In this document: positions 27,229 to 37,195 of the stretch, piece after piece
Layout of the letters: each line of letters opens with the position of its first letter
Position numbering within the stretch: position 1 is the first letter of the stretch
Source of the DNA: Candidatus Woesearchaeota archaeon CG_4_10_14_0_2_um_filter_33_13
Lineage (GTDB): Archaea; Nanobdellota; Nanobdellia; Woesearchaeales; GW2011-AR9
Length of the DNA: 58,941 nt
Assembly: GCA_002792115.1 (NCBI GenBank)
Contig: PFNQ01000028.1
Coordinates: 1-58,941 of the forward strand
Direction of reading: 5' to 3'
Program-made: the position numbers and the translations under genes
The notes under the pieces: generated by a model
What the model was told of the DNA's origin: nothing
Database searches by the model: none
The model's input: only the letters and a program-made list of their open reading frames with translations

Positions 27229-27721
27229 TTACCTTTTAATGAAGTATAGCAAAGAAGCAGAAGAACTTAGTAAAAAATTAGGTTGGAAAAGAACTTTTTT
27301 TGTTGATAGGGACTTTATTTTTATCCAAACGGACAGTAAGAAGGTTCTTTTGGGTGAAATCAGAAAAGCGGGCAACAAAATTATCATTTTGGAACCAAAG
27401 AGCGAAGAAATTTTACGCCTTGCTTTAGAAAAGAGTGATGTCGATATTGTTGTTGGTTTAGAGAAACTTCACCAAAAAGACTCTTTGCATTTTGTTCGTT
27501 CTGGTTTAGATCAAGTTTTATGTAAGATCGCTACAGATAACGATAAGATAATCGCCTTTTCTTTAAATGATATTTTACATGCAAAAGATCGTGCTAAAAT
27601 ACTGGCAAGAATTGCATTTAACCAAAAACTTTGCAAGAAATATAAAGTTAAAACAATAGTTAGTTGTTTTGCTAAAAAGAAGGAAGAGATTATCTCGGCA
27701 ATATCAAGTTTTCCCCGATAG
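27221..27721 (+). CDS. rnp3: RNase P protein component 3 (Rpp30-like), short form
   Basis: VDIVVGLE...SGLDQVLCKIATDNDKIIAFSLNDILHAKDRAKILARIAFNQKLCKKYKVKTIVSCFAKK parallels the archaeal Rpp30 pattern G.D.VL.K......va.gfSL..lL.....RA..L.......L..KYkV......S.A. It is about 40 aa shorter than typical. Confidence 0.55.
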   Translation: MDNYLLMKYSKEAEELSKKLGWKRTFFVDRDFIFIQTDSKKVLLGEIRKAGNKIIILEPKSEEILRLALEKSDVDIVVGLEKLHQKDSLHFVRSGLDQVLCKIATDNDKIIAFSLNDILHAKDRAKILARIAFNQKLCKKYKVKTIVSCFAKKKEEIISAISSFPR

Positions 27722-28423
27722 CAATTTTGTAATTATAAAAACGACTAAAGTTAAGGATATTATTTGTGCAAAGAAGCAAGGGCTTATTAAAAAAACATTT
27801 TCGCATTTGGGGACGAATATCGAAAACCTTAAAACATTTTCGACCATATAATGGGGGCATGTTCGAAAAAATGTTTCTAATATAAAGTAATATGAAGAGT
27901 GCATGAAAGCAATCACCGAAAAAAATAAAACTAATATCTTATCTTTTTGGTAGTAAATTAAAATTAACGCCCCTATAACACCAGTGGCAAAAAATAAAGT
28001 CAGTTCTGAGATAAAATAACATAATAGCGCTAATGTGAAGATAGGAATGATTACCCCAATCAGCAGGAACTTACGTTTAGCCATCTGAAGTAAATTTATT
28101 TGTATTTCAAAAAGAGATAATAGCCCCCAAAAAACCACGGTGCTCAACATCAAAATAGCTAAACTCCATTTTGTACTAATCATTGCGGCAATTACGCTCA
28201 ACAACAAAAATATGATGATTACCGTCCATACATGTTTTATCCATCTATTGTTTTCATTGTATCTTTTCACAAACCAAAGCCCCAAAACATAAAATGGCAA
28301 CGAGCTTAAACAAGTGGTGCCGCTTATCGCAAGAAATCCAAATAATTTTGCTATAATTAATGTCAACGATAAAATAATTCCAATTACAAATAACAAAACA
28401 ATAAACTTATTTTTTGATAACAT
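27704..28423 (-). CDS. Polytopic membrane protein of unknown function
   Basis: 239 aa, about 7 hydrophobic helices, no catalytic motif recognised. Divergent from the surface-protein block. Confidence 0.5.
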   Translation of the reverse strand: MLSKNKFIVLLFVIGIILSLTLIIAKLFGFLAISGTTCLSSLPFYVLGLWFVKRYNENNRWIKHVWTVIIIFLLLSVIAAMISTKWSLAILMLSTVVFWGLLSLFEIQINLLQMAKRKFLLIGVIIPIFTLALLCYFISELTLFFATGVIGALILIYYQKDKILVLFFSVIAFMHSSYYFILETFFRTCPHYMVENVLRFSIFVPKCENVFLISPCFFAQIISLTLVVFIITKLLSGKT

Positions 28424-28508
28424 TTCAAAACAGAAATGATCTTATCAAATTTAAGGTTTGCCATAAAGTAAGGTTTATATACTATACTAAGGTTATATTA
28501 TCTAAAAA

Positions 28509-31500
28509 ATGCATTCAAACAAAAAGAGGGTTATTTTAATTGGATTGTTTTTTTTAGTTTTAAGTTCTATTTTAACTTTAGCTATTTCAAACTTGCCTTC
28601 GTTAAACTTAAACCAAGAAGCACACGCCAGTTTGGGAAAATATATGGACCCGGGAGGAGCAGTTTGTTATTGTAACCACGGACCGACTGATGATTGTTGG
28701 TATGATAATGATGGCCTTTATGATCATGGGAAAAATTGGGATTATGTTTACGATTGTAGTGGATTGCCAGGACCACAGTCAACTGATCCAGAGAACTTAA
28801 TTTTACCAGATCCTGAGTTTAGACATCGTTGTGGAGATGATGAGGGTCCAGAAGCGGTTGGAATAAATGTCGATGTAACTAATTTAGGAGATGGTAAATA
28901 TTTAAATGTTCCAGAACAACAAGGGTGTTGGTTTGTATTAGAAGAACAAGATGAAGTAACAAGCAATGAGAAGGGTTGGGCGAGAATAAAAGAGGGATTT
29001 ATTTTTGATCATAACTGGAGGGTCTTGTGTTATCAAAGAGAAGATAGTACTGCTCGCGGTCCTTGGTGTTATGATATGGGTGGAGGAAGTGACGCGCAAT
29101 ACGGATTAACTGGTGCGCATTATCGTGCTGCTAAGGATGGAACTCTTTCTTACATCTGTTCAGATGATCAGTTTTGGCATACTTGTAATGAAGGAAATGC
29201 TGGAACAGTTACCTGGGCGAAGAATATTTTATTTAATTGTACAACGGACGAAAACAATAATATTTTGTGGCAACGCCTAGACTTTGATTATGATGGGGAT
29301 GGTTATACTCAATCACAAGGAGATTGTGCCAACACACCTGATGACCTTAGAGTTCAACAAGCAGGATGTCCAGAATTTGGTCACCCTGAAGATTGCGTCT
29401 TGCCGAGAGATTCTCGTTGCGCCATCTGTATTAATCCAATCGCTCCAGAAATTTGTGGAGATGGTATTGGCAGTGGGGTAAATGATCCTACAGATGGATT
29501 AGGAAATGATTGTAATGATGCAACTGATGACAATTGTGATAATTTTAAGGAAGGATGTAATCAAGATACAATAGAACCAACAGAAGGTCCAGATGGAATT
29601 GTAGCAACATTTCAGGATCATGGCAATGTATTTGATAGTTCTTTTCCTTGGGTGCAAACAGGAAAAGAAGGGGAAGGCTTTTGTTGCGGGTTTAAGGGTG
29701 TTGATGATATTGGTAAAAAAGTTAAAGGTACAGAAAGTGCATCAGGAGAATTTATTTGCTTACCTAAAAAAGATACTGGATTAACTGGAACAGAATTAGA
29801 TGAAGTTCCAGGAGGAGATTTATTTTGTAAAGATGATTGGTGTTTAGCTAACGCTATTGGAGTAAGTCCTGCTGGTGGTAAATTTAATATTTTAACCATA
29901 AACAAACCCGGAGAAAAATCCTACGATATTGTATCAAATGGAGAAGAATGGTTTACTTGCGATGCCAACAATTTGGGAGAGTTTAAGAAAACAAACTATC
30001 CACAACAAGGTTTAGACACCGAAGAGGCGTATGGTATTATTCGTCAAATTAACAACCGACTATATTGTTATAATGAAGGAGATCATTATGCTTGGGCAGA
30101 ATGTGCCGGCGATCTAGACAAAAGAAAAAATAAAGAGATTAAAGGAAGATATCCTGGAGAAGGATTGTTTAGTTTACCTTTAGATGTTGGGGAAACAATC
30201 GGAGAGATTAGATCTTCTGTTGGCGGATTTATTGATATCAATTCATTCAAATATTATACAGAATTTTACGGTGAAAACCATTTATTAGATTTTTCAGGTT
30301 ATGACTATTTTAGTTTGATGGTGCAGTTTTGCACTGGTGGATGCACTGACGCAGAAATTTTAACTTTGGAACAATTGCAAAAAGAGAAACTTCTACCTTT
30401 AGATATCACTTTAACTTTCAATGGCCCAAATAAAGAAGTTCTGTTTGAAAAACAAATTCTTAGTGATATCACTAATGGACCAATCGAGGACAGCAAGTGG
30501 TTGCATATAAAAACCAAAATTCCGCAAAACATTTTAGCCATAAAATCTGTATTATTACAATCCCATCCTTCTACTATTGAAATGCGGGTTAGAAATGTGT
30601 ATTTAAGTAAAGAAGAAGACAAAACCCAATTATGTTCTGGGTTAGATTCTGCGGATGAAAATTCTTGGCTTGATGATATTGATAAAGGGACATCTCAATC
30701 AAATATCGTTGGTAAAGATCTTTGTACTACTCTTTATGGGGATAATTCTTGGTTAGGTAAGGATAACGATTTAACTTCCGGATTTGCAAATGCTAATTGT
30801 TGTGGTGACGATCCAAACGAATATTATGTTGGTAAGACTAAAGAAAATGACAATGGTGCAAAATTTGCTTGTTGGAACTCTAAAACAATTGCAGATAAAG
30901 GAACAGTTATGGATGTTGAATTTGATGTTGAGTGGAAAGAATTAGTTTATTCAAGAACAGAAGAAGAAATTGCAGTTAAAGATTTATTGTTAGACTATTA
31001 CACTGAACCTTTTTTAGAGGAAGAATTAACATCGAAGGAAATTTGGGAGTGGGGAGATGATCCCGATAATCTTGTTTCTGAAAGTAGGTTATATGCTGAT
31101 AAATCTGGGGCGGTTCAATTTTGCATTGAAATGGGGTATACTTCTGCCAAGTCATATAAAGAAGAAGCATGTGTGAAAAACCCAAAGGAATTAATTGCAA
31201 CATATTATACTCCTGGAGAACGCGAAAATTATTCAACTCTAAATGATTTTGGATGGTATTCGGAATATTGTGGTCCCGGAGAGTTTGGATCATTAAACTC
31301 AATTTTAACAGAAGTTATATGTCAGGTCGATTTAACTTCTGGATGGAATAATATTCCCAATTCGACTAATATAAATCTCCAAGAACCACTGAAGATTATT
31401 GCCAAAATTTCTCCTTCAAAGATTGCGTCACCTAATTATCTTACTAAGTTTGGGTTAACAATCAATTCTAAACAGGACGATAGAATAGAACTTGAAGCAT

Positions 31501-33926
31501 ACAGCACTGTTTCTTTTCAAAAATTGGGAACGTTTGAAAATGGAAAACTAACAATTAGTCCAAAAGATATTGTAGGAGAGGATGCATATTATTCTTCAAT
31601 TTTAATCGTTGCCAAATTAAATTTAGAAAATGTTAATTTTGATATTTCTTCTCAATTAGTTTCGAACATCTCCACCTTTTCTTACCCCTGTAATGCAGAA
31701 GAATGTCTTTATCCCGTACCTGGAATTCCTGCACAAGGAATAACGATAGAGAATCTTCATCCTAACCTTTACGATCTTTACTACTTATACTACCAAGATG
31801 ATGAAGTTAAAGAGAAGTTTATTGAGAAGAAAGAAACATTCTATCAACCAGGAAATATTGTAGCTAGAAAGGTCTCACAACAAATTGTTTTTAGTGCAGA
31901 AGCGAATGAAACAACTGAAGATCCAAAATTTTATGGTTGTCAAGCGGCAGATTTTATCAAGAGTAACAACAAAATTTCCATTCTACTTGAAGATAAAGGA
32001 TATTGTTCGATTCAAGCTGATCAATTCTGTTCACCTTCTGTGAATAAAGAAGCCGTGGGCAGTCAAGATAGTTATACTTTAATTAATTCGTGGAGTGATG
32101 AACAATTAGAGAAGGTTGGATATGTAGTTCAGGAATCAGAAACAGACGATCTTTCTACATACTTTGCTAATTTGGTTTTAGAATTAAAGGACGCATCTCC
32201 GTTTATAACACCATCACAAAGGAACCATACTTCTACTATCGTTCCGGTTAGAAACTTTGTACCTAATGCCGAGTTTAGATATAGCGGAGTACAAATACCC
32301 CATTGGGAGATTATTAAGGGAGACAAAGTTATTTTAGAAGAGAAGGCCTTTGTTGATGTGTACACCTATTCTATTAAGAAACTTAGTGGCAATGAAGTTT
32401 TACGTTCAGAAAAGATTTCTGTTAACCAATCTAATGATTATTATTTTCAACACAATGGCACGGCTAAAACAACAATCACTTTGTTTGACAATAACGGGAA
32501 AGAAACAGAAAAAATAACAAATACCAAATTATCAGAACCATTTAATTCTAAAAACGCTACTTTCCTAATTATTGAATTTAATCAAGGTACAGTTCAACAA
32601 CCATCTTTACAATTAGTAGATAGTTTAGGCATTGGAAATGATACATTTGTGCATAAAGAATACCCTGATCTGTTTGATTTCAGGACTGGTATAGCTTGTT
32701 GTCCGGAAAATTATTGTTGGAACGGATATACTTGTGCAGAACCAATGCAAGAAATGTCTATGATGACTGAACACTTTGGTGTTGGTAGAGATTATAGGTG
32801 TATAAAGGGAGAATGGACAGCCTTGCCAATTAAGTGGGATTGGAACAATGATAAGTGGGGATTCTGTAGTGAAGAAAATCAATGTTTTATTACTAGTGAA
32901 GGAAGTGCCACTTTTACTTCAGAAGACTTTTATGACGGAAATATGCCAATTTGTGTGAACACCAGCGAATATATCCTTGATCATTATTGTGAAGATGGAA
33001 ATTGGAGTACCAGAACAAAATATCTTTCTAGTAAGTTAGCAGAATTTGCTCAAAATGATGAATACATAATCTATTGCACAAACTATCGTGAAGCTCTACT
33101 AGACTTCAATCCAGAACTTTATCTTGGCGGAGAATGTTTTGCAACAGATGAACAAAAAGCGGGGCTAGAAGAAACGTTTTTAGAAAGTAATGGTCCAGAA
33201 TCTTTACAAAATTGTTTTTGTGAATTAATGACCGAAGAAGGAAAACGATTAGTGCCAAGTAAAGATAACAATTGCATCAACAATGTTTGTGTGGTTAAAT
33301 ACAAAGAAAGTGGTGCATTTAAAACTGCGTTTGGCACTACCTTAAACAAGAATATTTCTGATCCGGATTCTTTCCTCCTAGCTTTAGGAGTGCAACAACA
33401 AGATCTGGCCGAAGTTTGTTCTGGTGAAGGAGATTTGATTGAATGCAACTTTGAAAACAATATCATCTGGTATATCCCAAAATTAAATGCAGTTGTTTAT
33501 GGCAAGGAAGGAATTCAATTAAGTGGAACCGTGGGTCAAAAGATTGTTGATTTCTTTAAAGACTTGTTTGGCATAGAAACAGCGATAACTAACCAATCTA
33601 AGTTTGTAAAGGAGGCACAAAACTTTAACGAGATTTATCTGTTAAGCAAGGATGGCAAGAAAGTAACTGCTATCAAAGAAGTGTATCCAGGAAAGAAACA
33701 AACACTTGTTGCTCAGTATGAAAATTTTGAAACTCCTGTTTGTAGTTATGTTGAGCATTTAGAAGTACCTTTAGAATTACAAACAGAATTATTGGAGGAC
33801 ATTTCAGATATGAAAAAGTTGGAGTGTAGTCAAGAAGGTAGTATCCAAAAAGTTCAGATGATTGCCGGGTTAGATTATTTCTGGCCACAACTTACCGGAA
33901 AGCTACGTGTTGGAGAGATGAAATAA
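28509..33926 (+). CDS. Giant cysteine-rich predicted extracellular protein (1805 aa) with an N-terminal signal or anchor helix
   Basis: MHSNKKRVILIGLFFLVLSSILTLAISNL, then no further TM helix. Cys/Asp/Asn/Gly/Trp-rich. MopE/TSP3-like DFDYDGDGYTQSQGDC...EICGDGIGSGVNDPTDGLGNDCND. Recurrent W-x-x-C modules (DQFWHTCNEGNAG, EEWFTCDANNLG, HYAWAECAGD) are shared with 48283-50220. Confidence 0.85.
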   Translation: MHSNKKRVILIGLFFLVLSSILTLAISNLPSLNLNQEAHASLGKYMDPGGAVCYCNHGPTDDCWYDNDGLYDHGKNWDYVYDCSGLPGPQSTDPENLILPDPEFRHRCGDDEGPEAVGINVDVTNLGDGKYLNVPEQQGCWFVLEEQDEVTSNEKGWARIKEGFIFDHNWRVLCYQREDSTARGPWCYDMGGGSDAQYGLTGAHYRAAKDGTLSYICSDDQFWHTCNEGNAGTVTWAKNILFNCTTDENNNILWQRLDFDYDGDGYTQSQGDCANTPDDLRVQQAGCPEFGHPEDCVLPRDSRCAICINPIAPEICGDGIGSGVNDPTDGLGNDCNDATDDNCDNFKEGCNQDTIEPTEGPDGIVATFQDHGNVFDSSFPWVQTGKEGEGFCCGFKGVDDIGKKVKGTESASGEFICLPKKDTGLTGTELDEVPGGDLFCKDDWCLANAIGVSPAGGKFNILTINKPGEKSYDIVSNGEEWFTCDANNLGEFKKTNYPQQGLDTEEAYGIIRQINNRLYCYNEGDHYAWAECAGDLDKRKNKEIKGRYPGEGLFSLPLDVGETIGEIRSSVGGFIDINSFKYYTEFYGENHLLDFSGYDYFSLMVQFCTGGCTDAEILTLEQLQKEKLLPLDITLTFNGPNKEVLFEKQILSDITNGPIEDSKWLHIKTKIPQNILAIKSVLLQSHPSTIEMRVRNVYLSKEEDKTQLCSGLDSADENSWLDDIDKGTSQSNIVGKDLCTTLYGDNSWLGKDNDLTSGFANANCCGDDPNEYYVGKTKENDNGAKFACWNSKTIADKGTVMDVEFDVEWKELVYSRTEEEIAVKDLLLDYYTEPFLEEELTSKEIWEWGDDPDNLVSESRLYADKSGAVQFCIEMGYTSAKSYKEEACVKNPKELIATYYTPGERENYSTLNDFGWYSEYCGPGEFGSLNSILTEVICQVDLTSGWNNIPNSTNINLQEPLKIIAKISPSKIASPNYLTKFGLTINSKQDDRIELEAYSTVSFQKLGTFENGKLTISPKDIVGEDAYYSSILIVAKLNLENVNFDISSQLVSNISTFSYPCNAEECLYPVPGIPAQGITIENLHPNLYDLYYLYYQDDEVKEKFIEKKETFYQPGNIVARKVSQQIVFSAEANETTEDPKFYGCQAADFIKSNNKISILLEDKGYCSIQADQFCSPSVNKEAVGSQDSYTLINSWSDEQLEKVGYVVQESETDDLSTYFANLVLELKDASPFITPSQRNHTSTIVPVRNFVPNAEFRYSGVQIPHWEIIKGDKVILEEKAFVDVYTYSIKKLSGNEVLRSEKISVNQSNDYYFQHNGTAKTTITLFDNNGKETEKITNTKLSEPFNSKNATFLIIEFNQGTVQQPSLQLVDSLGIGNDTFVHKEYPDLFDFRTGIACCPENYCWNGYTCAEPMQEMSMMTEHFGVGRDYRCIKGEWTALPIKWDWNNDKWGFCSEENQCFITSEGSATFTSEDFYDGNMPICVNTSEYILDHYCEDGNWSTRTKYLSSKLAEFAQNDEYIIYCTNYREALLDFNPELYLGGECFATDEQKAGLEETFLESNGPESLQNCFCELMTEEGKRLVPSKDNNCINNVCVVKYKESGAFKTAFGTTLNKNISDPDSFLLALGVQQQDLAEVCSGEGDLIECNFENNIIWYIPKLNAVVYGKEGIQLSGTVGQKIVDFFKDLFGIETAITNQSKFVKEAQNFNEIYLLSKDGKKVTAIKEVYPGKKQTLVAQYENFETPVCSYVEHLEVPLELQTELLEDISDMKKLECSQEGSIQKVQMIAGLDYFWPQLTGKLRVGEMK

Positions 33927-34050
33927 TTATTCAAACAGACTAAGCAGTTAAACAGATTAAAACGTTTTATTTTTCTAACACCACTCCTTTTTAAAAGTAT
34001 TTAGCTCATTTCTGGATAATTTTATAAGTTATATTATTTTCTTAACGGAT

Positions 34051-37000
34051 ATGATAAAAAAGAGGGCGTCCCTTAAGGCACAGATTACTATTTTCATGAT
34101 TGTTGGTCTGTTGATACTTTTTGTCTTTATCTTTATGTTTCAATTGGTATCTCAGACAACGAAAGGGCAGCTACAAGATGCTAAGGAACAAATTTTAACT
34201 AAAGCTTTCAAAAAAGAAGCTCTTAGAATTTATGTTGATGATTGTCTTAACGATGAATTAGAACAAGGACTCATTCTTTTGGGTCAACAAGGACGTATTT
34301 GGTCTGATCAACCTGGTGGCACCAAGGAATTTTCTAGTGGAATAACTGGCACAGAATCTTTTCCTGGTTCAGAAAATCGGCTTTCTTATGCAATTAGTAA
34401 AGGTGAATATTCCCCTTACTCTAATGCTTATCCTTGTCAAAACAAAACAGATAACTCTCCAGAATTCTGTCAATATTCCTTTCCTGATACAGAAATTGGA
34501 TTTGGAAAATTAGATCTTAAACCCAGCACCTTAACCGACGATCTTAAAAATTATGTTATTAATCGTACAATCGCTTGTATCTATAACTACACTAAAAGTA
34601 ATATCTCTAGTAAAGCAGATGTAGAGATTGAAAACTTGCAATTAGACCTTCAATTGATGGATGATGGAATTAATGTTAAGGCGGAATTTCCTTTAAAATT
34701 CAGTCTTGGACAAGAAGAATTTTTTTACCTTTCTACGTTTGATTTTTTTTATCCTACCCAATTTAAATGGTTGATTGAATCAGCAGTTACCCGACCTTTA
34801 CTTTATGATTGGAAGTATATTGATTTTGATTACAACTCTTCTGTTTTAGAACAACCACTTTTTACGTATGCTTCTTCACTACAATCTGCAAATTGCCAAC
34901 CATTTGACAATTATTTTTCATGTGATCGATCTTTATTTTACGAGAAATATTCTTTATTGGGGGTGCAGATGAATAAAGAAGAAAATGCTAAAGGAGATGA
35001 CGTATTTACCTTTACTTCTCCGCAAATAGTTAATCTTCCCGGTTTTTATGAATTTAAGTTTGCCCGCCAAAATCGTCCACCCGCATTAAATTACATCAAT
35101 AGATCACAGTGTTTAGCTAATAATTATGATTATTTGGTTATCATAGATGATGTTCCAGAAACATTTTACTTAGGTGGTAAAACAACACCTTTCACTATTA
35201 ATAACGGAGCAATAACCGATTTAAATGTATATTCAATAACATCAAGCAATTCTGATTTTGTTGTTTTTCAAGAGGAATTTCCTTTAATTGTTGCACCTGG
35301 ATTCAATCATACTTTATTTGTTGAGTTCAAACCTAGTATTGATGGTAACCAGTCAACAGAGCTTGTTTTAAACACTTCTCTTGGACTTCAATCTTATCTT
35401 CTTGAGGGTACTGGATACTTGCCTCAAGAAGAGATTAATCAAAGTTGTTTAAAGTTTGATGATACATACCATGGAGATGTTAAACTGAGTCTTTGTGCAA
35501 GAGATCCAGACGAAGATAATATCATCTACAGTTTTGCCCAATCTACCTGGAATTTCCCAGAAGTTTTGATTCAACCTTGGTTGTACCTAACAAATGGATT
35601 TTTCCCAACTTCTGGAAGATATAATATTACTGCAATCGCTACAGATCAACATGGATCAAAAGATTATCAAACCATTCGATTGTTAGTTGATCGACCTATG
35701 ATACTTAACGTTTCTTTAGAATTACCATACCCCAATATAACTTCACAATTGGAAGGGGCATATTTTGTTAGCACAGAAGATCCAGTTTTTGTTAACGTAA
35801 CCTTTCCAGTTGAATCTGAAGTGATACCTAGCGATAAGAGAAGTATTGTTTTAAATTATACAAATTATCTGGGCAATGAGTCATTTCAATATCAATTAGG
35901 AACTACTTGGTTTCCTACAAATACTGTCTGTTATGCTCTCCCTTGGAATACACCTAAAACCTGTACTCCAGAATCATATAAAGATGATTTAATAGACTGG
36001 AAAACCAATTTGTTAAATCCACCTTTTAATAACTTCAGAGAAGAAACGGAAAATGCTTGGCTTAATTTATCGTTTGCGTCTAATTATTGTGACAGTTTAG
36101 AAAAAGATAAATCTATGGGTGTTTCTGTCGTTGTTAAATCATGTGTGCCATATCAAAATTCAGAACACCCCTTTGCATTTAATCCAGTTGGGAAGTACCA
36201 TCAATACACTTTTGGCTTAGATAATGAAAGTAAAACTAATTTCAGTGATATTAAACCAAAACAAACAAACTTTAATCCTTTGTTAGCAACACACAGCTGT
36301 TGTGCTGGAGATCCAGATCTTCCGGGAACGTGGGAACTTAAAGAAGAAGGAGAGGTTTGTTTTACTAATCCTATTGTTGGGTGTTATGGTGGTGTAGAGG
36401 GAACAACTTCATTATCGGGGTATAGATCATATATTTTAGAAATTGAAAAAGATACTTGTGATGGTACAAGGGGAAATGTTTGTAGTGGGGGGAAAATTTA
36501 TTCTTATTACAAAAATAAAGATAATCCTCCACAAGAATTAATTTGTGGTGATAATCAACCCGGGTGTGCAGGAATCGCTAATAAATGTCGAGGTCAACCA
36601 GCGTGGAGTTATGTTAATTTAGACGATGATCCAGAAAAAGCAGAGCTATGGTGTTCTGGGAAGATGGGTTGCAGCGATGGAAGTTGTAATACTACTGTAG
36701 TTGCTGAGTATCTAATTGGCAATTATGGAAATTACCGATACCAAAGAATCATTAATGGTCTTATTAATACTAATGAAGATTTTGGTATGCATTGTGGCTG
36801 TAGGGCAGACGATGAGGCTAAACCCTGCGATGCCAATTTAGATGGGACGTTTGAAGGTGCATGCCGGGGCGGAGAATGTGTATTTGGAGAGGCAGTTAAT
36901 GTTGAAGAACCACTAATCGGAGAACCAGAAGAGATCCAACCCATGGAACCATTCTGTACACCAAACCAAAAGATATGTTTAAAGGATGTTTCTTTAGGAG

Positions 37001-37194
37001 ATTATCCTTTTGAGGAATGGGGGCATGACCAGGAGCAGATAGATGATCTCCAAGAACAAATAGATGAAATGTTAAAAGATTATCCAGAAGCAATTATCTC
37101 TTGTAATAAACAAGGAACTAACTTTGATCAGCCGGATAATCTTTGTCAGGGCGGGAGCTGTAACAATGGACAATGTATTTTTGAGGAGGATTAA
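34051..37194 (+). CDS. Large pilin-like-leader protein (1047 aa) with beta-sandwich domains and a Cys-rich C-terminus
   Basis: Leader MIKKRASLKA|QITIFMIVGLLILFVFIFMF (class III-like). ASH/choice-of-anchor-D-like segment NNGAITDLNVYSITSSNSDFVVF...FKPSIDGNQSTELVLNTS. Cadherin/He_PIG-like CARDPDEDNIIYSF...ITAIATDQHGSKDYQTIRLLV. The C-terminal third is Cys-rich. TATA-like TTTTATAAG lies about 25 nt upstream. Confidence 0.85.
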   Translation: MIKKRASLKAQITIFMIVGLLILFVFIFMFQLVSQTTKGQLQDAKEQILTKAFKKEALRIYVDDCLNDELEQGLILLGQQGRIWSDQPGGTKEFSSGITGTESFPGSENRLSYAISKGEYSPYSNAYPCQNKTDNSPEFCQYSFPDTEIGFGKLDLKPSTLTDDLKNYVINRTIACIYNYTKSNISSKADVEIENLQLDLQLMDDGINVKAEFPLKFSLGQEEFFYLSTFDFFYPTQFKWLIESAVTRPLLYDWKYIDFDYNSSVLEQPLFTYASSLQSANCQPFDNYFSCDRSLFYEKYSLLGVQMNKEENAKGDDVFTFTSPQIVNLPGFYEFKFARQNRPPALNYINRSQCLANNYDYLVIIDDVPETFYLGGKTTPFTINNGAITDLNVYSITSSNSDFVVFQEEFPLIVAPGFNHTLFVEFKPSIDGNQSTELVLNTSLGLQSYLLEGTGYLPQEEINQSCLKFDDTYHGDVKLSLCARDPDEDNIIYSFAQSTWNFPEVLIQPWLYLTNGFFPTSGRYNITAIATDQHGSKDYQTIRLLVDRPMILNVSLELPYPNITSQLEGAYFVSTEDPVFVNVTFPVESEVIPSDKRSIVLNYTNYLGNESFQYQLGTTWFPTNTVCYALPWNTPKTCTPESYKDDLIDWKTNLLNPPFNNFREETENAWLNLSFASNYCDSLEKDKSMGVSVVVKSCVPYQNSEHPFAFNPVGKYHQYTFGLDNESKTNFSDIKPKQTNFNPLLATHSCCAGDPDLPGTWELKEEGEVCFTNPIVGCYGGVEGTTSLSGYRSYILEIEKDTCDGTRGNVCSGGKIYSYYKNKDNPPQELICGDNQPGCAGIANKCRGQPAWSYVNLDDDPEKAELWCSGKMGCSDGSCNTTVVAEYLIGNYGNYRYQRIINGLINTNEDFGMHCGCRADDEAKPCDANLDGTFEGACRGGECVFGEAVNVEEPLIGEPEEIQPMEPFCTPNQKICLKDVSLGDYPFEEWGHDQEQIDDLQEQIDEMLKDYPEAIISCNKQGTNFDQPDNLCQGGSCNNGQCIFEED

Positions 37195-37195
37195 G

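Noticed and set aside
27704-28423. Polytopic membrane protein next to the pilin-like block, considered as the missing prepilin peptidase
   Set aside because: A24-type peptidases (PibD/FlaK) need two catalytic Asp, one in a GxGD-like motif. This sequence has almost no Asp and no GD motif, so there is no support.
37124-37195. Upstream extension of the 309-aa ORF overlapping the end of the 1047-aa gene
   Set aside because: The ATG at 37196 follows GAGGAGGA and the previous stop codon, and yields a canonical signal peptide. The extension adds 24 non-signal residues in an overlapping frame.
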